Origin: Scenedesmus sp. PABB004
Lineage: Eukaryota
Assembly: GCA_014905635.1 (NCBI GenBank)
Contig: CM026547.1
Location: 1,612,001-1,676,000 of the forward strand
Length of the DNA: 64,000 nt
Direction: 5' to 3'
In this document: positions 37,109 to 47,810 of the stretch, in pieces
Layout of the letters: every line of letters begins with the position of its first letter
Position numbering within the stretch: the first letter of the stretch is position 1
Program-made: the position numbers and the translations under genes
Notes under the pieces: generated by a model
Database searches by the model: none
What the model was told of the DNA's origin: nothing
What the model saw: only the letters and a program-made list of their open reading frames with translations

Positions 37109-37527
37109 GCCGGGGCGGCCCCCCGGGCGCGGGGCGGTGCTGGGTGATCGATGCCGGACTGTCGAGAGCCGCCGCCGCAGGGACAGGCCGGCAGAGCAAA
37201 AGTAACCTGCTGGGCCCAGGCTGCAGGCAACCGCGCGCTCCGCCTGTCCCATTGGCGCCCCTCCGCCGCAGCCGGGCCACACCACCGCGTCCGCGCGCCC
37301 GCGCCCGCGACACGGCACGCCAGGCGCCCAGGGCGGGCCGATCCTCGGCAGCAGCAGCCGAGCCGGGCGCAGGGCCCCGCCCCAGCCCGGCCACGCCCGC
37401 GCAGGCGGTCCGGGAGTCCCGGTCCTTCCAGTGACCGGCGCTTGGCGCGCGTGCGGCGCGCGCAGCCCCGGGCGCGGCGGCGCAGCAGCGGCGCCGCGGC
37501 GGCCGCGGCGGCTGCGGGCGGCGCGCG

Positions 37528-40500
37528 ATGGCGGGCTCCGAGTCGGGCTCCAGCGAGACCAGCGTCCACACCGAGCCGTCGGCGGGGGACGCGTACCGCG
37601 ATGCGTACGAGCCGTACCGCACCGCGGCGGGGCGGCCCGAGGTCGGCGCGTTCCGGCGCTGGTGGCTGCGCAACCCGCTCAACGCGCTCTGGCCGGTCAA
37701 GCCCAACCAGTGGGACACCTTCCAGAAGGTCGCCGCGGGCGTGCCCCACGCCGAGGCGGTCAAGGGCGGCGCCAACGTGCGGCTGCAGGACATTACGGCG
37801 CGCGGGCCCACGCCCGCAGAGGTGCTCGCGGGCGGCGGCTTCGACGTCGAGGCGCTGCCCAGCGACGAGGCGTGGTTTGGCACGCCCGACCCCGCCATCT
37901 ACGCGGCCGGCACCAACAGCCTGACCAAGGCGCAGCTCGCCGAGGAGGCGGCCAAGGGCAGCGTGGTCACGCTGCGCCAGCTCAAGCAGCACCTCGCGGC
38001 CGCCAGCGACGAGGAGCTCGAGGTGCGTGCGGCGCGCGGGGCACGCGGGGCGGCGGGGCGCGCGGGGCGGCGGGGCACGCGGGGCGGCGGGGCGCGCGGG
38101 GCGGCCGACAGCCGCGCGCGCGGGCGGCGGCGCCCGCGGCGGGCGCGCTCACGCCGCCGGCGCCGCCGCGCGGGGCGCGCGCGCGCAGCTCTGGCGCAAG
38201 GTGCTGATGGTGCAGCGGCTGCGCGACGAGGCGTTTGTGGAGCTGCCGGGCGGCGCGGGGCGCGTGAGCGTGTGGGACCTGTGGACCTACATCAAGGGCA
38301 ACCCTGAGCTCAAGGCCCTCGCGGAGCGCAACCCAAACCTGGTCGCGCCGTCGCAGGGCATGACCCGGTGCGGCGCACGGGCCGGCGCGGCGGCGCGCGC
38401 GCCCAGCGGCGGCGGCAGCGGCGCGCGCGCGCCGCGGCCCGCGCGCGCCGCGACGCGCGCCGCGCCCGCCGCGCCGCCGCAGCGAGGAGCGGATCAAGGC
38501 CCTGCAGCACGTGGCGCCGTGGAAGCTGTGCGCCAACGAGCGCCACATGGTGCTGCCGCCCGACGTGGCCGACAAGCTCGAGTGGGGGCTGCTGGCGGGC
38601 GGGAGCTGGTACAGCCGCCGGCCGACGCGCTGGCTCAAGGTGCGCCGCGCCCGCCGTCGCGGCGCGGCCGGCCGCGCCTGCCCGCCGCCGACGACGCGCG
38701 GGGCGCCCGCCGACGCGCCGCCGCGCCCCGGCGCGCAGGGCCTGGACGGCGTGAAGGACTTTGACTTTGGGCTGTACGTGCACGAGGCGGCGGCGCGCGA
38801 GGCGCTGGCGGGCACGTGGGCGGGGCGCGCGCCCGGCGAGGTGCTCGCGAGCCCCGCCTTTTACGGCGACGCGCTGCGCGCCGCGCCGGCCATGGGCATG
38901 AGCCTGCTGGCGGTGGCCAGCCGGCCGCTGCCGCTGGAGGAGGTCACGCGGTGCGCGGGGCGCGCGCGGCGGCGCGTGGGCTGGCGCGCGCGGGGCGGCG
39001 CCGGCGCGCCCGCTGGCGCCGCTCACGAGCCTGCACCGCCGCCGCCCCCGCCGCCGCCGCCGCGCAGGGCGTGGGAGCAGCGCATGCGGCAGCAGATTGA
39101 CAGGCTCGAGCCGCCGGGCGGCAGCGCGCCCAGGGTGCTGCTCTCCACCTCTGCGGCTACGGGCACCGGCTCGGCCAGCGAGACCGGCACGGCCTCATCA
39201 TCCGAGGAGGAGAGCGGCAGCAGCAGCGAGGCGGCAGCCCGCCCGCCGCCGTCTCCCGCGGCGCGGCCTGCTGCGCCTCTGCCGGCAGCGCGGCCCGCGG
39301 GCAGCCCGCAGGCAGCAGCGGCGGTCGCGCCGCCGCTGCCGCCACCGGCGCCCAGGCCGGCGCCAGTGCAGCAGCAGCTGCAGCAGGCCGTTGTGCAGCC
39401 GCTGCCGTCGCCGCCGTTGCAGCAGCAGCAGGCGCAGCCGCAGCAGGCGCAGCAGCAGCAGGCGGAGCAGCAGCAGCAGGCGCAGGCGCAGCAGGCCGCG
39501 CCGGCGCGCGTGCGCGAGGTCGAGCCTCGCTACCGCGGCCTCGCGCAGCTGGCCGGCCTGTTTGACCGAGAGCGCCTCGCGGGGACCACCGAGCTGCTGG
39601 ACATACGCGGCCGGCAGCTGCGGGAGGGCGCGACGATCATGTTCTCTGCGCACCCGAGCGGCGCGCTGCTGGTGCAGGGTGCGGCGCGCGGCGCGGGCGG
39701 CCGAGGGAGGGGGCGAGCGCGCGAGCGCGCGCGCCGCGCCGCCCGCGGCGCGCGCCCACGCCGCCGCGCCGCCGCGCCGCCGCGCCGCCGCGCCGCCGCC
39801 GCGCAGCGATCTCGCCCGGCCTGGTCAAGGAGCAGCGCAGCTACCTGCTGGGCGCCGTGGCCGACCCGCTGCTCACGTCGGCGCTGCTGAGCATGTTCAT
39901 CGACCCGGCCGCCAGCCTGGACCCGGAGTTCACCGCCGCCGCCGGCGCCACGCTGCTGGCGGTGACGAACGGCTACCGCACCGGCCTGCGCCAGCGCAGT
40001 GCCGCGCCGGCGCCGCCCGGGGGCACGCCCGACGCGCTGCGGCGCCAGCTCACGCGGCACGCCAAGTGGGGCCTGCCGGACGTGGGCAAGGCGCCGGCGG
40101 CGCAGCCGCTGCTGAAGGGCGTGCGGCGCGAGGTCACGTACCAGCAGGTGGGCAGCACGGGCGCGGCGGCGCCGGCGCGGCGCGGGCGCGCCGTCGCGCC
40201 CCGCAGCCCGCCGCCGCGCCCCCAGAGACCGACCGCTGCCGGCCCGCCCGCCGCAGATCGAGCAGGCGTTTGAGGGCGCGCTGCGCGCGGCGGCCGCGGT
40301 CGACGCGCCGGACGGGCTGGACCTGGGCGAGCCGGGCGCGCGGCGCGCGCTCGCGGCGGCGCGCCGCGCGGCGGCCGAGGCGGAGCTCAAGCAGCGGCTG
40401 GGGCGTCTGGGGCTGGACGTGTCGGGCCTGGCGCTCGGCGCGGACGACACGCCGGCCGACCTGCTCTCGCTCGCGCGCCCGCTCACGCTGGCGGCGGGCG

Positions 40501-40529
40501 CAGCGGCCGCCGGCGTGGCGGGGAGGTGA
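37528..40529 (+). CDS. Hypothetical protein (~7 exons, family not recognised)
   Basis: Coding-like exons joined in frame by GT-AG introns (donors near 38023, 38640, 38951, 39679, 40148). There is a central Pro/Gln-rich linker and the stop is at 40527-40529. Confidence 0.7.
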
Positions 40530-41369
40530 GGCGCCGCCTGGCGCCGATCGGCGCCGGCACGCGGGGTGGGCGTTTGCGTGGCGGCGGCGGCAGTCGAGGC
40601 GGTGGCGGCGCGGAGGCGCCGAAACCGTCCTGGTGCGTGGCTTGCCCGCGGCCGCGCCGACAGATCCGCGCCTAACTCGGCAGGCCACTCGCGCCCCGCG
40701 GTCGGGCGCGCGGCCCCGGCGGGCATGGCGGGCGCGGGCATCCCGCGCGCGCATCCCGGCAGCTCCGCGCCCGGCCGCCTGTGCGCCCCCGAGGCCCGCG
40801 TTTCGTGATCGTTGTGAAAACAGGCACTCTTTGGACCAGTCTTCAGCCCAAAATTCGCGCACGTTGGAGGGGAGCGGGACGGTCGGGCGGCTCGCGAGTG
40901 ACAACTGGCGCGCTCGGAGGCCTTGATAGCCCGCGTGCCCCGCCAACGACCTCCCCACACCCACACCGACCTGGCCTGTCGCCCTGCAACACGCTCCCCG
41001 CGCATCTACACGCGCACAAGCCACCGCCCGCCAAGCCCGAGCAGGTGCGCCCGCCAGCTCGCCCCGCGCGCCGCGCGCCGCGCAGACCCCAGCGGGCGCA
41101 CGCTTTTGCGCCGTGCTTTTGATGCCAGGCCAGCGCGCCAGCTGCAGGCGCGCGGCCAGGCGGGGCGGGGCAGTCCACATCAGCTCAGCTCGCCAGCTCG
41201 CGGGCAGCTCAGCGCGGGCCCGCGCCCGCGTGGCGCGGCGCCCGGAGCATTGAAGCTTATTCAATATGCCACCGCGACCGCCCAGCCGAGCTCACGCGCC
41301 CCACCTGCGCCGCTGACCCCGCCCCCGCATGCGCCCGCTCTCCCTCCCCGCCCGCAGGCAGCACACACC

Positions 41370-42070
41370 ATGGCCCGCCTCGCCGTGGTCGCCCTGGCCC
41401 TCTTCGGCCTCCTGGCCGTCGCCAGCGCAGCAGGTGAGGGCCTCTCCTGCGTCGCGCGCGCCGCGCGCTGCGCGCATCGCCGCGTTCCGCCAGCCCGCGC
41501 GCCAGCGCCCGGGGACTGCGCGGGCTGCGCCCGCGCGGGATGCTTGTGCGCAACACATCGATCTGGGCTGGCACCCGACAGTTGCCCGCGCTGCCGAGCG
41601 CGGGCAACTGCCGAGCGCCGCGACGCCCTTGGCGCCGCCTGACTGCCGCCGCCTGGCCGCCTGCGGCCGCCCGGCTTGACCCTCTGCCTGCCCCCGCCCT
41701 GCCCGCCGCGCCACGCCACGCAGACTCGCAAACCTCGCGCAAGATGCTGGGCTGGGACTGGCCGACCGCCCGCGTGACCACCCCCATCGGCAAGGTCAAC
41801 GTGCGCCCGTACAGCTGGAACGTGCAGAACCTGGTCGGCGGCAACCTCCTGTTCCCCAACTGGTGGGTGTCCGGCTTCCCCGAGGCCACCGGTGGCAGCC
41901 GCCGCCTCCAGGGCTGGGACTGGCCGACCGCCCGCGTGACCACCCCCATCGGCAAGGTCAACGTGCGCCCGTACAGCTGGAACGTGCAGAACCTGGTCGG
42001 CGGCAACCTCCTGGTCCCCAACTGGTGGGTGTCCGGCTTCCCGGAGGCCACCGGCGGCTCCAAGCACTAA
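41370..42070 (+). CDS. Secreted repeat-peptide precursor A (136 aa): signal peptide plus two Trp-rich 50-aa cores
   Basis: Exon 1 41370-41433 encodes MARLAVVALALFGLLAVASAA, intron 41434-41723 is GT..AG, and exon 2 encodes DSQTSRKML-[GWDWPTARVTTPIGKVNVRPYSWNVQNLVGGNLLFPNWWVSGFPEATGGS]-RRLQ-[same core, F>V]-KH*. The unit is 162 bp. TGTAA lies at 42136-42140. Confidence 0.88.
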
Positions 42071-42633
42071 GCCGCGGGCTGCTGGCTGCCCGCACCATCC
42101 TGGGCTGGTGCGAGGCGCGTGTGCGTGTGTGTGCGTGTAAACTTGTATCAGTGGCCGCCCGCGTGGCCGCCCCCTTGGCTTGGTGTCGCACGGCTCCGCC
42201 GCGCTCGTGCGCGGCGGGCGCGCACGTGCGCATGCGCTGCCGTATGCCAGCGCTGCTGGGCTGCCGCCGCGCGCGCCCCACAGGCGGCATACCCACAGGC
42301 GGCACGTGACCACCGCATGCACGCGGCCAGCTGGGCCGCTGCCGCCACAGCAGTTGTGGTGGGCTGCATATTTCTGCGTGAGTGTGGTGGTGCCACGGCC
42401 GCGGGTTGGTGCCGCTCTGGGTTGGTGTGTGCGGCGAGTACTCACACCAGCGGCGGTAACCCAAGCAAACCCTGATTCGCCGACCTCCAGCGCGCTGGTG
42501 GGCCTCAGCGTGCAGCAGCCCGCGCGAGGCCGGTCAGCCATGCCGCCGCCGCGATCGCCGCGCCAGCAGCACCAGCCGCGCCAGCAGCACCCGCCGCGCC
42601 AGCAGCACCAGCCGCGCCAGCAGCAGCGGGTGC

Positions 42634-43088
42634 CCCGCCGCGCCGCCAGCGCAGCGCAGCCCGCGCCACCAGCCCACGACAAGCAGCCGCGGTCTGCGCT
42701 CAGCCGCGGTCGCGGGGACGGGCAGCGCTGCTGCTGCTCGCCCGCCTGCAAGAGGGTGTGTGCTGGCGCCTCGGCGCAGGTGCGACGCCAGCGGCGGCGG
42801 CCGCCGCGGCCGCGGCGCCAGGCCCAGGGGTGTCGCCGCCGGGTGCTGAGCGCTGGGCGGGGGCAGCGCGATCGGGCAGCCGCGCTCGCGCTGAGTGTTA
42901 CTTGGCGGTCATTTGAGTTGGCCGCGGCGCGGCCCGCTCCCAGGCATGCTGCCGCAGCACCGCCGGCAGCGGCGCGCACACGGCGCAGGCTCGCAGCGTG
43001 CACCTGCCTCCCCGCACCGGGATCCTGCGGCGCGGGTCAACTGCTTGCTGGCTGCCGCCCGGCGTCCGGGGCGCACGCTGCGGACGCG
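42634..43088 (+). repeat. ~455-bp direct repeat, copy 1 (copy 2 at 47162-47616)
   Basis: Constant 4528-bp offset (ORFs 42895/47423 and 42998/47526 start identically). I saw only two substitutions by eye. Confidence 0.93.
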
Positions 43089-44151
43089 CGGCACGCCGCG
43101 CCGCCGACCGCCCTCCCCGCCGGGCGTCCGCCGGCGCGGCGCCGGCCGCGCGCCGGCTGCAGCAGCCTGCTGTGCGGATGGTGGTGGGTCTGCCGTCACT
43201 GCCCGCGCACCAGCCCAGCCGCGCACGGCTGCGGGCGCCGCCGGGCGGCCGCCGCGCGTGCCCTGTCGCCGGCCCGCCGGGCGCGCCGCGCCGCCGCTTG
43301 CTGGGCGGCCGGCGAAGCGTGCAGCGCTCACCCGGCTGCCTGATGCCGCTGAGGGCCAGGACGAAGCCCGCCCCCGCCGCAGTTGGCGGCCGCCGCCGCG
43401 CCGGCAGCGCAGCGCTGGCGACGGCCGGCGCTGGCGCCCGCGGCCGCCGCGAGCACGCAGTCGATGGAGAGGCCCTTAAAGGAGAGCCGGGCCGCTGGCC
43501 AGGCGCCGCGCAGGGCCAGGCGCGCGCGGGGCGGGCGCCAAAGCAGCGCGCCCGCCAGCGGTCGCACCTCCTCGGGGGCCTCGGAGGCCCCGGTATTTAG
43601 TTCAGACTAATATCGAGCTGCCCCGCCGGCGCTTCAGGCGCGTGGATCGTTGGTCAACCGATCGCCTGGTGGACTTCCGGCGCCCCGCGCGCCATATGCC
43701 CGCCCCCCGCCCTCCGCGGCCACTCTGCGCCCCTCCTCCGCGCTGCAGCCACATTCACGGCGCTCCCTGGCCAGCCACGCCTGCTGACTCCGGCCAGCGC
43801 TGTGCTGTGCGCTGCTGCGGGCCCGGCGCGCCCTCCCCATCCCGGTGAGCGCGCCAGACCGCGCGCGCGATTGTCAATTGCACCTCCACGCAGCGCCGCG
43901 GCGCGCGGCGCGACAGCGCGCTCGGGGCGGGCGGCGCATCTCGCCGATGCGCGCACCTCCCTGGCCGGGCGCTGCGGCGTGCCCAGCAGCCCGCCGGCAC
44001 GCCGATCGTGACCTCCAATAAGCCACCAAATTGACGCGCTCACTCGCGCCCCGCGCCGCCCTGCCCCGCGCCCGCCACGCCCGACGCCCGTCATGCGCCA
44101 GGTCGCCGACCCCTCGCCACGCCCGCCGCGACCGGCAACCGACGCCGCGCA

Positions 44152-46203
44152 ATGAAGACGTCAAAGGTCATCGCGGCCCTGCTCATCGCCGGCCTGGCTG
44201 TGTCCGCGGCTGCCTCGCACGGTGGGTGGCGCCGCCGCGGCAGGGCGGCCGGGCGCCCCGCAACCAGCCAGCGCGCGCCGCGAGCCGCGAGCGCCGGTGG
44301 GGGCCGGGGGCGGCAGGAGAGTCGCAGGCGCGGTTCAGCTGAACGATAGCAGCTCGGGCAGCGCAGGGCGCGTGCGTTGCGGTGGCAGACCAGCACGCTG
44401 GCCGTGGGCGCGCGGCGCACAGCGAGCGCCACCGCTCCACCGCCGCCAGTTCTGGTGAAACTCCGACTCACATTCCCCTGCCGCCCTGCTGCCTGCCCCT
44501 GCTGCTTGCCCCCGCTTGCAGGCCGTGAGCTGAGCCAGGCCGCTGCTGCGAAGGACGCCAAGGCCGCCGACGCCAAGGCCGCCGACGCCGCGGAGGAGGC
44601 GCCCGCCAACCCCTACGGCGACGGCCTGCCGACCGTGACCGTGTCTGGCCCCTCGAGTATCCCCAGCTTTGCCGCCCCCACCTTCAAGTACGCGTACAAG
44701 GACGGCGTGGGCGCGTTCCAGGCCTGGAACGGTGGCATCGAGCTCCCCAAGGTCATCGACCTCGGCGGCGTGCGCGTGACCCGCCCCGGCCTGCGCGGCC
44801 GCCGCCTGAGCCAGGCTGCTGCGGCTGCCAAGGACGCCAAGGCCGCTGACGCCAAGGCCGCTGACGCCGAGGAGGAGGCGCCCGCCAACCCCTACGGCGA
44901 TGGCCTGCCGACCGTGACCGTGTCCGGCCCCTCGAGCATCCCCAGCTTTGCCGCCCCCACCTTCAAGTACGCGTACAAGGACGGCGTGGGCGCGTTCCAG
45001 GCCTGGAACGGCGGCATCGAGCTCCCCAAGGTCATCGACCTCGGCGGCGTGCGCGTGACCCGCCCCGGCCTGCGCGGCCGCCGCCTGAGCCAGGCTGCTG
45101 CGGCTGCCAAGGACGCCAAGGCCGCTGACGCCAAGGCCGCTGACGCCGAGGAGGAGGCGCCCGCCAACCCCTACGGCGATGGCCTGCCGACCGTGACCGT
45201 GTCCGGCCCCTCGAGCATCCCCAGCTTTGCCGCCCCCACCTTCAAGTACGCGTACAAGGACGGCGTGGGCGCGTTCCAGGCCTGGAACGGCGGCATCGAG
45301 CTCCCCAAGGTCATCGACCTCGGCGGCGTGCGCGTGACCCGCCCCGGCCTGCGCGGCCGCCGCCTGAGCCAGGCTGCTGCGGCTGCCAAGGACGCCAAGG
45401 CCGCTGACGCCAAGGCCGCTGACGCCGAGGAGGAGGCGCCCGCCAACCCCTACGGCGATGGCCTGCCGACCGTGACCGTGTCCGGCCCCTCGAGCATCCC
45501 CAGCTTTGCCGCCCCCACCTTCAAGTACGCGTACAAGGACGGCGTGGGCGCGTTCCAGGCCTGGAACGGCGGCATCGAGCTCCCCAAGGTCATCGACCTC
45601 GGCGGCGTGCGCGTGACCCGCCCCGGCCTGCGCGGCCGCCGCCTGAGCCAGGCTGCTGCGGCTGCCAAGGACGCCAAGGCCGCTGACGCCAAGGCCGCTG
45701 ACGCCGAGGAGGAGGCGCCCGCCAACCCCTACGGCGATGGCCTGCCGACCGTGACCGTGTCCGGCCCCTCGAGCATCCCCAGCTTTGCCGCCCCCACCTT
45801 CAAGTACGCGTACAAGGACGGCGTGGGCGCGTTCCAGGCCTGGAACGGCGGCATCGAGCTCCCCAAGGTCATCGACCTCGGCGGCGTGCGCGTGACCCGC
45901 CCCGGCCTGCGCGGCCGCCGCCTGAGCCAGGCTGCTGCGGCTGCCAAGGACGCCAAGGCCGCTGACGCCAAGGCCGCTGACGCCGAGGAGGAGGCGCCCG
46001 CCAACCCCTACGGCGATGGCCTGCCGACCGTGACCGTGTCCGGCCCCTCGAGCATCCCCAGCTTTGCCGCCCCCACCTTCAAGTACGCGTACAAGGACGG
46101 CGTGGGCGCGTTCCAGGCCTGGAACGGCGGCATCGAGCTCCCCAAGGTCATCGACCTCGGCGGCGTGCGCGTGACCCGCCCCGGCCTGCGCGGCAAGCAC
46201 TAG
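44152..46203 (+). CDS. Secreted repeat-peptide precursor B (583 aa): signal peptide plus six ~93-aa units
   Basis: Exon 1 44152-44221 encodes MKTSKVIAALLIAGLAVSAAASH, intron 44222-44521, and exon 2 begins GRELSQ followed by units RRLSQAAAAAKDAKAADAKAADAEEEAPANPYGDGLPTVTVSGPSSIPSFAAPTFKYAYKDGVGAFQAWNGGIELPKVIDLGGVRVTRPGLRG. It ends GKH*. Third positions are strongly C/G-biased. Confidence 0.9.
44524..46194 (+). repeat. Coding tandem array, six units of 279 bp (first unit one codon shorter)
   Basis: Antisense ORFs recur at 44613, 44892, 45171, 45450, 45729 and 46008 (period 279). Confidence 0.97.
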
Positions 46204-47161
46204 GCTGCCTGCGAAGCAGCAGATGCGTGCGAGTATCGTGTGTACATCGCCAGCAGTGCTGCTGCCGTGCTGGCTGCCGCGCCTGCAGCGCCACGCAGCC
46301 GGCGGCGCGCGCTGTGTGTGTGTGTTTGGGTGCGTACCTGCCTGGTGTGTGCGTGCCGGCCGCGCGGCCGTCAACCCTGATCGCAGCATTTGCTTTAGCG
46401 CAGGTCAGACTCTTGAGTGCGGGCTCCCGCAAGCTGGGGCGCGGCGCTGGCCCCGGCTGGCCCGCAGCGGCGCTGGGGCGCCCTGCGCGCCCGGCCCGCA
46501 GCGTGGCAGCCGGGGAGGGCGCCGGGGTGGTCTGGGCTGCACGCTGTTGCTGTGGGGGCCCTTGGCCCTTGGCACGCAGCGCGCGCCAGTGCTTGGTGTG
46601 TCGGGCCGCTGCGGCCTGCAGCAGGCGGCGTGCACGCGCGCCACCAACCAGCGCCACGCGTCTGAGCAGTAGGTAGTGTGACGACGTGTGTTTGCGTACG
46701 GCGGCGGCCCCAAACGATGCATCATGCATTGCCCGCGGACCCGCGCCCCGCCCCTGCCGGGCCGCAGCAGTGCGGCCGGCTGCCATCCACACACGCCATG
46801 GATGGCACATACGGCAGGGCGCGGGCGCTGCGTGGCAGGGCAGGGCAGGCAGGGCGCCCTCCGCGCGAGCGAAGCGGCGGGCGGGCTGCGCCGCGGCGGT
46901 GGGGCGCGTACTGCCAAGCGTGTTGCAGCGGTAACACGCAAAAGCAGACACGGCGTGGGGCGGCGTCGAGCTGCGCGCTGGCCGCCCCGACAGCCGGCCG
47001 CGCGCTGACCGCCGCGCCCCGACGCCGGACAAAGCCGGCAGGCCGCCGCGCCATCGGCTAGTTCACACGCACCTCAGCGCGCAGCCGCGCCTGCTGGCGC
47101 TGCCGGCGGCGCCAGCGGCCGCCCGTGCGCAGCGCCTTCGCGCAGCGCCGCCAGCGCAGCG

Positions 47162-47616
47162 CCCGCCGCGCCGCCAGCGCAGCGCAGCCCGCGCCACCAG
47201 CCCACGACAAGCAGCCGCGGTCTGCGCTCAGCCGCGGTCGCGGGGACGGGCAGCGCTGCTGCTGCTCGCCCGCCTGCAAGAGCGTGTGTGCTGGCGCCTC
47301 GGCGCAGGTGCGACGCCAGCGGCGGCGGCCGCCGCGGCCGCGGCGCCAGGCCCAGGGGTGTCGCCGCCGGGTGCTGAGCGCTGGGCGGGGGCAGCGCGAT
47401 CGGGCAGCCGCGCTCGCGCTGAGTGTTACTTGGCGGTCATTTGAGTTGGCCGCGGCGCGGCCCGCTCCCAGGCATGCTGCCGCAGCACCGCCGGCAGCGG
47501 CGCGCACACGGCGCAGGCTCGCAGCGTGCACCTGCCTCCCCGCACCGGGATCCTGCGGCGCGGGTCAACTGCTTGCTGGCTGCCGCCCGGCGTCGGGGGC
47601 GCACGCTGCGGACGCG
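47162..47616 (+). repeat. ~455-bp direct repeat, copy 2
   Basis: Matches 42634-43088 and ends about 195 bp upstream of the SCAPER ATG. Confidence 0.93.
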
Positions 47617-47810
47617 TGCCGCGCCGCCGATCGCCCGCGAGAGACCGGCATCGCGTGCCGCCGATCGGCGGCGCCCGCCTCCCGCCAGGCAGCGCGGACT
47701 TGCCATCGGGGGCGCCAAGGCGCAGCCCTCCACATGCGCGGGCCCCTGGCCCAGGGCACCCCGCGGGCGCAACCAGGGCCCGCGTAGCCCGGCATGGCCG
47801 ACGCGGCGGC

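Noticed and set aside
42557..42627. 18-bp tandem repeat (CCGCGCCAGCAGCACCAG-like, ~4 copies) as a functional element
   Set aside because: It is a short intergenic minisatellite with no supporting ORF or structure.
44524..46194. Regular array as a CRISPR locus or non-coding satellite
   Set aside because: There are no unique spacers. The 279-bp units are in-frame coding sequence behind a spliced signal-peptide exon.
44335..46389. 684-aa antisense ORF and the 91-aa antisense repeat ORFs
   Set aside because: These are shadows of the codon-biased plus-strand precursor gene.
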